A stretch of DNA of 64,000 nucleotides from a virus (taxonomy: Duplodnaviria > Caudoviricetes). Below the pieces are notes generated by a model, which made no database searches, was not told the origin of the DNA, and saw only the letters and a program-made list of their open reading frames with translations. Shown in pieces: positions 47,801 through 55,661 of this stretch (position 1 is the first letter of the stretch; each line of letters begins with the position of its first letter). The position numbers were made by a program, and so were the translations under genes. The stretch lies in IMG/VR virus record IMGVR_UViG_3300025011_000016. One strand, 5' to 3'.

Positions 47801-48515
47801 CTATGTATTTTATCTAAGTAGTAAAAAACGTGAAGAAGTAATTAAGAAATCTGATGATTGGGCTTATTGCGAACTAAGCCGATTAATAGGAAACGGTGTA
47901 GAGGCCATCGAGCAATCGTATGTTATAGATTATATAACATATGATTGAGTAGAGTACTGGTCGGTTTGCGGGCCGATTGGGAAGCGCATGGCTCCAATAC
48001 TATAGATATATAATATTGGATGAAGATATGGTCCACCCCTATATGAAAATATAGGATGTGGTGTTCGACGGCCAATGTATATGACCGGTGATTCTTTAAT
48101 TGACGGGAATATCCTTAAAGCTTAGACTACTAATGTAATAATGTTTAAGATTGGACAATCCGCAGCCAAGTCTCTTATATAAGAGAAAGGTTCAACGACT
48201 AGAGTGAGAACTCGTAGATACTTTATGTATTGAAATGGGAAACCGATAGATTAAATCTATCGAAGATATAGTCTATTATCCTAATGAGTATTAGGGAAGT
48301 TCATAAGAGAACTGTATAGATTTATAATCTATATGAATATAAAGGATATATTGAATATTATTTCACTGAAGACTAAGAAACTAATTAAAGCTTATGATAA
48401 GACATTTAATCCGAGAAAGAATATGTTCATTTCTAGAAATGATGGATTATTTAATGATGATTTCAATCTACTAAAAGATCAACTTATTGGTCTATATGAG
48501 TTTAACAATATTTAA
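44831..48515 (+). CDS. phage RNA polymerase beta' N-terminal catalytic subunit, join(44831..45037,45333..46025,46334..46609,46917..47030,48064..48072,48345..48515), 489 aa
   Basis: Splicing restores Zn finger CKC..CKMC, KD|QILGGRINFSSRNVI, NRNP|TIN and NAD|FDG|DILN; all exons in frame; AAGGAGG RBS before ATG 44831. Confidence 0.88.
45038..45332 (+). mobile_element. group I intron 2 (295 nt, no ORF)
   Basis: P1 GGAU^UAA/UUAGUCC; ttgcggga, atccgcatcc, ggttcaacgacta, gatatagtct; terminal G. Confidence 0.9.
46026..46333 (+). mobile_element. group I intron 3 (308 nt, no ORF)
   Basis: P1 GGAU^/GUCC; ttgcgggaa, aatccgcatcc, ggttcaacgacta, gatatagtct; terminal G. Confidence 0.88.
46610..46916 (+). 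mobile_element. group I intron 4 (307 nt, no ORF)
   Basis: P1 CCCU^A/UGGGG; ttgacgggaaactcc, aatccgcagc, ggttcaacgacta, aagatatagtct; terminal G. Confidence 0.88.
47031..48063 (+). mobile_element. group I intron 5 (1033 nt) with homing endonuclease ORF, divergent core
   Basis: P1 CGGAU^UU/AAGUCCG; aataccgtgccaag; P7 ggcca 47903-07/tggtc 48029-33; terminal G. Confidence 0.82.
47265..47948 (+). CDS. intron-encoded GIY-YIG homing endonuclease
   Basis: GVVY..N.ID.KVYIGQT..LERR..EH, E.YFI..F....GYN; NUMOD3-like TKDLMSSSHIG; TTG start. Confidence 0.88.
   Translation: MRILIKPYGVVYIMRNLIDTKVYIGQTVNLERRKNEHKNRKSSSSKRYNFHITKVIEEYGYENFEFKVLDEAFSKKDLDDKEKYFISLFKSNDPKYGYNSRGGNLQEPLNQRTKDLMSSSHIGLTETAITKRKKSHKILAFKDNVCLIVDSGKLFGDMIGKDRNNVTNALRKGIKIKGYYVFYLSSKKREEVIKKSDDWAYCELSRLIGNGVEAIEQSYVIDYITYD
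48064..48072 (+). other. 9-nt micro-exon TTCGACGGC (Phe-Asp-Gly) of the RNAP active site
   Basis: Only sequence between the terminal G of intron 5 and intron 6; completes NADFDGD. Confidence 0.8.
48073..48344 (+). mobile_element. group I intron 6 (272 nt, no ORF)
   Basis: ttgacgggaa, aatccgcagc, ggttcaacgacta, aagatatagtct; 3' end atatg+9 nt ending in G as in introns 1 and 2. Confidence 0.85.
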
Positions 48516-48532
48516 AAAGAGGGGTGGGTAGT

Positions 48533-48604
48533 ATGAAACGTTTATTTAGTATTGTCTATTGGTCACTATTAGTGGGATTAATATACTATATATTCTTTAA
48601 ATAA
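48533..48604 (+). CDS. 23-aa membrane peptide
   Basis: GAGGGGTG RBS; MKRLFSIVYWSLLVGLIYYIFFK. Confidence 0.45.
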   Translation: MKRLFSIVYWSLLVGLIYYIFFK

Positions 48605-48621
48605 AATGGAGGTATGAATAT

Positions 48622-48930
48622 ATGGCAAAGAAAACTATCGATCATGTATTTAATTTATTTGGAACAAGTTTAGGATATTATGATTTAATTGCTGTAAAGT
48701 TAGTAGAATCTGATAACTATTATGTTATTAATTGTAATTTCACAAATATGTTTATTAATAACAAATTATTAAGTCCAGGTACGATTATATCATCATTTAT
48801 ATTCAGTCAGTTGATCCTCAAATGCAATAGGCCGTTGGTATTAAATGATGATACTGTTGATATGGATAAAGTGAAAGAATATTGTAGACTACTCGGTTTT
48901 TATGGAATATCTAAGATCACAGTGGTATAA
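48622..48930 (+). CDS. hypothetical protein
   Basis: GGAGG RBS. Confidence 0.65.
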   Translation: MAKKTIDHVFNLFGTSLGYYDLIAVKLVESDNYYVINCNFTNMFINNKLLSPGTIISSFIFSQLILKCNRPLVLNDDTVDMDKVKEYCRLLGFYGISKITVV

Positions 48931-48987
48931 ACTATATGAGGGAGTTAAAAAACTTCCTCATATTCTTAAATTTAAAGGAGGAAAATT

Positions 48988-49356
48988 ATGTTATTTTTGA
49001 TTTATTCAATAATAGGTATATTGATATGTGTTGCTGTTGGCTCAATACACATTTATTTAAAACGACCACTCGCTATTGTGGAAAATGATTTTATATATGT
49101 GAATGATATGTATTTAAAGGTTCATGAAATTTCAATATTCAAAGGTTATTCTCTTGATACCGCTACACTCCGATGTTCACGTAATATTGAGAAACGACAT
49201 CTTAACACATTTAAGAGGATTAATGTTGGTACAACATTAAAAGTATTAGAAAAGAACCTCACAGTACGATCACATATGACTATTGCTCATATTAGAATAA
49301 CAGATAGATCGCCAATAATCGTTGATATTGAGTTAGATAATGATTTCTTTGGGTGA
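48988..49356 (+). CDS. membrane-anchored beta-rich protein (paralogue of 49574)
   Basis: N-terminal TM; AAGGAGG RBS. Confidence 0.65.
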   Translation: MLFLIYSIIGILICVAVGSIHIYLKRPLAIVENDFIYVNDMYLKVHEISIFKGYSLDTATLRCSRNIEKRHLNTFKRINVGTTLKVLEKNLTVRSHMTIAHIRITDRSPIIVDIELDNDFFG

Positions 49357-49377
49357 TAAATATTTGAAGGGAGGGAA

Positions 49378-49560
49378 TTGATGGACAATAAGTTAAACTA
49401 TTGTATTCATGGAATATTTATTAATTGTAAATTAGAAGTTTGTCTATCTCAAACATGTATCCGGAAAGTGAAAGAATATCCCAATAATTCAAATCTCATA
49501 ATGTCTGATATTACCAAAGTTAACTCATCTAAAGTTAAAAAGGAAATATTAAAAGTATGA
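49378..49560 (+). CDS. small hypothetical protein
   Basis: AAGGGAGG RBS. Confidence 0.5.
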   Translation: MMDNKLNYCIHGIFINCKLEVCLSQTCIRKVKEYPNNSNLIMSDITKVNSSKVKKEILKV

Positions 49561-49573
49561 GGGGGAGTAAATT

Positions 49574-49981
49574 ATGTGGTTTATTATATGCTGGTTATTG
49601 CTTTCTGTGGGATGTCTTATAGCAACAGGTGTATTGATTATGATTGATGGTATACCCTATAATATTAAAACTGGTGGTATTATAAATATCGATGGATTGA
49701 ATTTAAGAGTTGATAAAGTAAAAATATTATATGGTCCGACGTTTGATACTGTCATTATATATGGATTTCCACTTATACGTAAAGTATCGGGAGTGCGTGA
49801 ATTGATGAACGGAACTAATGTTAATGTAGTAAATTCAAAGAGTGGTATACATATAAAAATGATGGCCGCTAACATTAGTATTGTTTCTCGTACACGGACA
49901 GTTACTATTATCCAAATTGATAATAATATGTTTTATAGTAAGTATAACGGATCAGTCCCTAAAGTGCCACAACGATTATAA
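49574..49981 (+). CDS. membrane-anchored beta-rich protein (paralogue of 48988)
   Basis: N-terminal TM; GGGGGAG RBS. Confidence 0.65.
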   Translation: MWFIICWLLLSVGCLIATGVLIMIDGIPYNIKTGGIINIDGLNLRVDKVKILYGPTFDTVIIYGFPLIRKVSGVRELMNGTNVNVVNSKSGIHIKMMAANISIVSRTRTVTIIQIDNNMFYSKYNGSVPKVPQRL

Positions 49982-49986
49982 GTGAT

Positions 49987-50025
49987 AAAAATAAAGGATG
50001 ATTTTTACATCACCTTTATTTTTTT
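49987..50025 (+). terminator. intrinsic terminator
   Basis: aaataaagg.tg/ca.ctttattt stem plus T-run. Confidence 0.7.
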
Positions 50026-50036
50026 ATCTTATGGTC

Positions 50037-50048
50037 AACATTTATTTA
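50037..50048 (+). promoter_or_regulatory. AACA-N6-TA late-promoter-like motif
   Basis: AACA tttatt TA after a terminator, upstream of 50090. Confidence 0.45.
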
Positions 50049-50089
50049 ATATAATGATCGTTATAAAATATAGATAGAGGTGATGAAAT

Positions 50090-51334
50090 ATGGAATATGC
50101 ATTAGCTTCAACATCAATGGCTCATACATATGGAAATGTAACTGCATTCATAACAGAGTTTGTTAAGAATATATTTCCCAAGCACTATTTTAAAACAACT
50201 CATATAAGTTCAACTATAGCATATAGAGAATTTAATATATTTCAAAATTCAACTAAAGAATTTATGAAAAAGAATAAACCAATATTATTAATACGACCAC
50301 GTATTGAGTTAAATGATCAAGATAACTTTCTATATGGAACATTTTTAACTCAACGTATTACAGATAATTACATGGATTTAGATTTTAGTAATTTACAAGA
50401 GTTTATTGGAGATACTGAAAAAGGAATTTACATGAAATTTCTACTTAATAGAATAAAGATGTTTTTTGATATATCAGTAATAGTTGAATCTCAAATGGAG
50501 CAAATTAACCAAGTTATGTTTTTAAAAAATAAGATACGACAAGATCATAATTTTTATTTAGAAACTGCTTTAGAAAGCTTTGTTCCTAAGGAATTATTAG
50601 GGGTATTAGCATCGGATATTAATATACCGTTATATGATGAGAATATGAGTGTTAAACCTTTTCTTGATTATATTAATAATAAATCAGCGTATCCCGTAAC
50701 ATACAAAATGAAAAACTCAACTGGTAGAGATGAATTCTTTCGATTTTATCCTGCAAAAATTGATACTGTATTTACTAACTTAAGTGTAGATGATGGTAGT
50801 AAGAAGGGTTTTATATCTGATGCATTTACGATTAATTTTACAATATCCACTGAATTTAATACGGCGGGCCTATACTATTATTTCACTCAAAATCCGGACG
50901 TTATACGCAATATTGATTTATCTATCATAGCTGATAGTAATACAATAATACCAGTATTTACTATAAGTAATTTATTTGATGAAACCATCCCAGAAGGATG
51001 GAATATGTACTCATCTTCAATGTATGGTGTTGATAGTGATCGACAACCGGACGAAATGGATATATCAACATTGTTCAATAATAGTTTAATTGACATCATT
51101 CAATATCATATAGATAAAGGAATACCTACAAGTGTATTCTTAAAAATATCAATTATGAAAGACAATGCATTATTAGATCCACTCAATAATGACTACTCAA
51201 TCGATATGACTAAACTTATACTGACAACTAATGTAGTTAATACAATTTCAACATATAGATTAGTAGTATATGTAAATACGTTATATATTAACAATTTAAT
51301 AGAAACTCTATATGGATTTACTGAAGAAAAATAA
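50090..51334 (+). CDS. putative virion structural protein
   Basis: 414 aa; late-motif promoter; no enzyme motif. Confidence 0.5.
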   Translation: MEYALASTSMAHTYGNVTAFITEFVKNIFPKHYFKTTHISSTIAYREFNIFQNSTKEFMKKNKPILLIRPRIELNDQDNFLYGTFLTQRITDNYMDLDFSNLQEFIGDTEKGIYMKFLLNRIKMFFDISVIVESQMEQINQVMFLKNKIRQDHNFYLETALESFVPKELLGVLASDINIPLYDENMSVKPFLDYINNKSAYPVTYKMKNSTGRDEFFRFYPAKIDTVFTNLSVDDGSKKGFISDAFTINFTISTEFNTAGLYYYFTQNPDVIRNIDLSIIADSNTIIPVFTISNLFDETIPEGWNMYSSSMYGVDSDRQPDEMDISTLFNNSLIDIIQYHIDKGIPTSVFLKISIMKDNALLDPLNNDYSIDMTKLILTTNVVNTISTYRLVVYVNTLYINNLIETLYGFTEEK

Positions 51335-51351
51335 TAGGGGGTAATAGAAAA

Positions 51352-51678
51352 TTGGATTATGAAACAATAGTCAAAAAACTTTGGTTGACTCCTCATAATA
51401 ATTTAAAGATAACCTTATATATTAAAGATAAATCAATTGTTAATGAAATTGAAGTGAATAAAATGATAACATTAGATGTTCCTATAATTATAAACGGTGT
51501 TGTCACGACATGTGATGTATTTAAAATCGATATAATCGATAAGACATTTTCCATATCTCTATTTAAACATGATAATAATGTTATGTATACAACTAGATAT
51601 AATTCTGTGAATACTAGTATACGAATTACTGAAAGAGAAAAGAATGTAATAATTAATATCTATGAAGATTTTGATTGA
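51352..51678 (+). CDS. hypothetical protein
   Basis: TTG start with AGGGGG RBS. Confidence 0.55.
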   Translation: MDYETIVKKLWLTPHNNLKITLYIKDKSIVNEIEVNKMITLDVPIIINGVVTTCDVFKIDIIDKTFSISLFKHDNNVMYTTRYNSVNTSIRITEREKNVIINIYEDFD

Positions 51679-51723
51679 TATCGGAAACGATATCAATCTC
51701 TTTTTTTTATCTATTTTTTTAAG

Positions 51724-51733
51724 TATATATTAT
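51724..51733 (+). promoter_or_regulatory. Putative early promoter motif TATATATTAT
   Basis: Exact 10-mer after a hairpin/T-run, upstream of ppk1. Confidence 0.55.
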
Positions 51734-51770
51734 AATGTCATACATAATAAAATAAACGGAGGAATGGATA

Positions 51771-53906
51771 ATGAATTATACTGATATCAATGATGCATAC
51801 CATAAAGAGATACTTGATCTAGCATCTAAATTTGACGCACCGAAGTATTATATAAATCGAGAATTGAGTTTTCTTGATTTTAATAAACGGGTGTTACATC
51901 AAGCATTAAGGAAAGAGATTCCATTATTAGAAAAATTAAAGTATCTTGGAATCACTGCTTCAAACTTAGATGAATTTACAATGGTTAGATTTTCATACTT
52001 ATTAAATAAGCTTGATTTAAATAGTGATCAAGAAGAATTGTCAGGTTTAACAGCTATGGAAGAATATGAACAAACTCTTGATGAAATACTTAAATTTAAA
52101 CATCTTCAATTACAGACATATGAAAAGTTAGTCAGTAAGCTCAATAAAAATAACATTCATATTTGTAAATTTAGTGAATTGAGCAGTAAAGAGAAAGGAT
52201 ATGTTGAAAAGTTATTCTCTCGTAATATATACCCATTAATAACTCCTATCACTTATGATACTTCTAAAGAACTTCCTTCACTGAAATCTAGACAACTTAA
52301 TATAGTGGTTTCATTAAAGGATAATCATAATCGAAATCTAGAGGTCATATCATTAATAACCCTAGATAAATCTTTAGATCGAATCTATAAGATAGAAAGT
52401 GATGACATTGAGGAGGATAAATATATCTTATTAGAAGAGATAGTATTTAATTTCCTTCATAGAATATTCATCAATAAAACTATTTTATATAAAGGTTGTA
52501 TGAGGATACTAAAGGAAGCTAATATAGATCTAGATAATGATACGGATATCTATATCACAGATCGTATGAAACAGAATTTACTTCAAAGGGAGTTAAGTCA
52601 ACCAATATTCATGGATGTGACAGAAGATATTCCCAAACACATTCTAAAGTTATTGGTAAATATATTCGATTTAAATAAACGACATATTTTTAAATCGAAT
52701 ATGATATTAAACTTATCATTCCTATCTAATTCACCAATCAAAAATGCTTCATTGGAATATGTCCCATTCAGTCCTCAGTTTCCTCAAGAATTGATAGGTG
52801 AACATGATATGTTTACAGCAATTGATACTAATGATATAATTCTCCACCATCCATATGAGAGTTATTCCCCTGTTGTAAATTTCATTGAACATGCATCTGT
52901 TGATCCAAATGTACTTGCCATTAAGCAAACTCTATATAGAGTATCCTCACCAGATTCACCAATAGTTGAGGCTTTATGTAGAGCTGCTGAGAATGGTAAA
53001 CAAGTTAGTGTATTATTAGAAATAAAGGCTCGTTTTGATGAAGATCGAAATATATCTTTAATTGAAAAATTAAAACTATCTGGATGTAAATTGATCTATG
53101 GAGTCGAGGAATTTAAAACTCATTGTAAATTTATTATTGTAGTTAGGAAAAGTAATAAGGGTTTACGATTATATTCTCATCTCGGAACTGGTAATTATAA
53201 CGATACTACAGCGAAGATATATACCGATCTATCATACTTTACATCTAAGGAAAAGATTGGTGAGGATTTACTGACAGTTTTCAATATACTATCAGGATTT
53301 TCAGAACCAACTATTGAAGTGAATAAGTTATTCTTTTCTCCTTATAATTTAAGAAGTAAGTTATATGAACTAATTGATCGTGAAATAGCTATAGCCAAAG
53401 AAGGTAATAAAGCTTCTATTACTTTCAAATTAAATTCATTATCTGATAAGGGGATGATTAAGAAACTTTATAAAGCATCCGAGGCTGGAGTTAAAATTAA
53501 TCTCATATGTAGAGGAATTTGCTCAATGAAAGCTATTAACAAGAATATATCCATTAGAAGTATTGTGGGTAGATTCTTAGAGCATAGTCGAATATATTAT
53601 TTCTACAATTCAAATAAACCATTGTTATTTATATCCAGTGCCGATTTATTAACTCGTAATTTAAATAAGAGATTTGAATTATTAATTCCATTAACTGACG
53701 CTGAGGTTAGAAGTAAACTATTAAATATACTAGATTCATATTTTAAAGATAACTTCAATACTTATTTAATGGATGATAAAGGATGTTATAAGTTACTTAA
53801 AGATACCAATGTTTTTAACATTCATGAGTACTTTATGAATAGGGCTATAGAGAATTACAAGCTAAAGAATATACCTAAGATGAGTTTTAAGAAAAAGAAA
53901 AAGTAA
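51771..53906 (+). CDS. ppk1: polyphosphate kinase 1
   Basis: YINRELSFLDFNKRV, SNLDEF, LHHPYESY, IKQTLYR, EIKARFDE, KTHCK (phospho-His), GTGNYN, SIVGRFLEHSRI, ISSAD. Confidence 0.95.
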   Translation: MNYTDINDAYHKEILDLASKFDAPKYYINRELSFLDFNKRVLHQALRKEIPLLEKLKYLGITASNLDEFTMVRFSYLLNKLDLNSDQEELSGLTAMEEYEQTLDEILKFKHLQLQTYEKLVSKLNKNNIHICKFSELSSKEKGYVEKLFSRNIYPLITPITYDTSKELPSLKSRQLNIVVSLKDNHNRNLEVISLITLDKSLDRIYKIESDDIEEDKYILLEEIVFNFLHRIFINKTILYKGCMRILKEANIDLDNDTDIYITDRMKQNLLQRELSQPIFMDVTEDIPKHILKLLVNIFDLNKRHIFKSNMILNLSFLSNSPIKNASLEYVPFSPQFPQELIGEHDMFTAIDTNDIILHHPYESYSPVVNFIEHASVDPNVLAIKQTLYRVSSPDSPIVEALCRAAENGKQVSVLLEIKARFDEDRNISLIEKLKLSGCKLIYGVEEFKTHCKFIIVVRKSNKGLRLYSHLGTGNYNDTTAKIYTDLSYFTSKEKIGEDLLTVFNILSGFSEPTIEVNKLFFSPYNLRSKLYELIDREIAIAKEGNKASITFKLNSLSDKGMIKKLYKASEAGVKINLICRGICSMKAINKNISIRSIVGRFLEHSRIYYFYNSNKPLLFISSADLLTRNLNKRFELLIPLTDAEVRSKLLNILDSYFKDNFNTYLMDDKGCYKLLKDTNVFNIHEYFMNRAIENYKLKNIPKMSFKKKKK

Positions 53907-53907
53907 G

Positions 53908-53940
53908 TGTGTAAGGCTATAAAAAGCCTTACACATATTT
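53908..53940. terminator. terminator between convergent genes
   Basis: tgtgtaaggct/agccttacaca stem, T-rich downstream. Confidence 0.65.
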
Positions 53941-53942
53941 TT

Positions 53943-54425
53943 TTAGATCTCCCTCGATACTTCATCTAATTGATCTTGAGTTATATACCCTTTCTCAACC
54001 AATATAGCACCAATCTTTTTTTTATTAGCAATACAATAACAATCAGTTCGCATTTTATATAATACCATCTTATACTCAGTTAATTGACTTATAAATTCAA
54101 TATATCGTTTAGATGATAATTCATCTTGTTTGATAAATAATTCCAACATATCATGTCGGTCTGTAATCCCAATTCCCAATCTATTCGTTATTTCATTAAA
54201 TGATTGCGTGATATGGGCATTTTGATTATTTAGAGTTTGTAGTAAAGCTGCCAGTAAATCTTTAAGGTCATCAAAAGAATCATTCTTCTGTGTTACTAAA
54301 TTAGTTATAAGAAGTTCAAATTGTTTACTTTGTTTGTTAAATAAATTATATGCTACTGTTATAAATACAAAACAAATGACTCCTAAAGCTCCATACTGTA
54401 AGAACGGTTCAATGGTTGGCATCAT
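53943..54425 (-). CDS. BhlA/UviB-like membrane protein (possible holin) with C-terminal MshEN-like motif
   Basis: FLQYGALGVICFVFI TM, coiled coil, then KIGAILVEKGYITQDQL. Confidence 0.55.
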   Translation of the reverse strand: MMPTIEPFLQYGALGVICFVFITVAYNLFNKQSKQFELLITNLVTQKNDSFDDLKDLLAALLQTLNNQNAHITQSFNEITNRLGIGITDRHDMLELFIKQDELSSKRYIEFISQLTEYKMVLYKMRTDCYCIANKKKIGAILVEKGYITQDQLDEVSREI

Positions 54426-54437
54426 TAATCGCCCCTT

Positions 54438-55016
54438 TTAAATATCAAATACAGTTCCCCTCAATACCTGTTCCAATTCACCATTTAAATCATTAATAGT
54501 CTTTTCAGCATCAATAATGGTTAATCTGAAAGCAAATAGTAATATATCTAAAGATGCAGCAATTTTTTCATATGGTGAGTCATAAAAACAACTTTCACCA
54601 ATGGACTTTAAAGCTTCAAATGCAATTTCAATATGACATGAATGCCATTCTCTAAATTTATCTATGAATATAATAGGTATATATTTACGGACAGCTTCCT
54701 CTTCATATTCAGAAATACAATCAAGAAATACTTTCTTTATATTTACATCATTAGTATTACTATCAACAGTATTTATGTAATCTAAGAAATTCTTCTCAAA
54801 TATATTGAATTTAATCTTTAGAAATTTACTAATGACCCTCTTCTTTATCTTATTCTGTACAGGTATATTATCAATTTCCACATTTATCCAGTAATTTATT
54901 AATATAAAAAATTGATGATTTTTCAATCTTTTATATTTACTGGAACGATTTAAGCCTAGGAAGGAACATAGATCTCTAAATGGTTTTAGAATATTCATTA
55001 AACTCACCCCACTCAT
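54438..55016 (-). CDS. hypothetical protein
   Basis: 192-aa ORF co-oriented with the holin-like gene. Confidence 0.7.
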   Translation of the reverse strand: MSGVSLMNILKPFRDLCSFLGLNRSSKYKRLKNHQFFILINYWINVEIDNIPVQNKIKKRVISKFLKIKFNIFEKNFLDYINTVDSNTNDVNIKKVFLDCISEYEEEAVRKYIPIIFIDKFREWHSCHIEIAFEALKSIGESCFYDSPYEKIAASLDILLFAFRLTIIDAEKTINDLNGELEQVLRGTVFDI

Positions 55017-55028
55017 TTATTTTATATT

Positions 55029-55040
55029 TATTATAATGTT
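55029..55040 (-). promoter_or_regulatory. AACA-N6-TA late-promoter-like motif
   Basis: Minus-strand AACA ttataa TA, 13 nt before the start of 55016. Confidence 0.4.
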
Positions 55041-55051
55041 AATTCATAATA

Positions 55052-55095
55052 AACAGAATTCATAGAGTTTATTGATAAACTCTATGAATTCTGTT
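55052..55095. repeat. 21-bp perfect inverted repeat
   Basis: aacagaattcatagagtttat tg ataaactctatgaattctgtt. Confidence 0.85.
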
Positions 55096-55100
55096 GTGTA

Positions 55101-55661
55101 TTACATATGAGCCACATAAAGATCAGTAAACTCAACTTCAGCAGATGGTTGTAGTTTAGTTATAATAATCTTTACACCAATAGCCCAATTAGATGTCGTT
55201 TTAATGTTATTAGTGAATCCATAAAAAAGCCCATATGAATATTCAGTACTCATTGTTTCCCATGTGGGGACTTCATCAAGAGCATTATTGCATACTTGTA
55301 TTTCGTAAGATAAATTTAGTGGATCAGTAACAATCTTTCTATCAATAACTTTAATCCTTTTTCGTTTATCGTATGTAACAACAGGATTCATAATAAAAGT
55401 TAAACTGGGTGATGCTGAAATCATTAGTTTACCAGGAATGAAAACTCCGCTGATTAAATCAATACTATCGAGACTATCCATATTAATAGTATATATATGA
55501 TTCATTTTAAATGGCTTTGTAATATAAGCAGGCATATTCATTACTAGTGTAAGTAAATCATCAATAATACCATCCTGATTAGTATTAACCAGTGATGTTA
55601 AGATATTTGCTAATCCTAGATTATTCTGTATTTTTTTTATAAATTTAAAAGTAGCGGACAT
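55101..55661 (-). CDS. putative virion protein
   Basis: Structural cluster; beta-rich. Confidence 0.55.
   Translation of the reverse strand: MSATFKFIKKIQNNLGLANILTSLVNTNQDGIIDDLLTLVMNMPAYITKPFKMNHIYTINMDSLDSIDLISGVFIPGKLMISASPSLTFIMNPVVTYDKRKRIKVIDRKIVTDPLNLSYEIQVCNNALDEVPTWETMSTEYSYGLFYGFTNNIKTTSNWAIGVKIIITKLQPSAEVEFTDLYVAHM

Noticed and set aside
44188-48515. Track ORFs starting at ATG 44188, 45321 and 48333 as independent genes
   Set aside because: Each ATG belongs to the conserved intron 3' hairpin (ctatATG plus 9 nt to the terminal G) and lacks a close RBS. They are exons of spliced genes.
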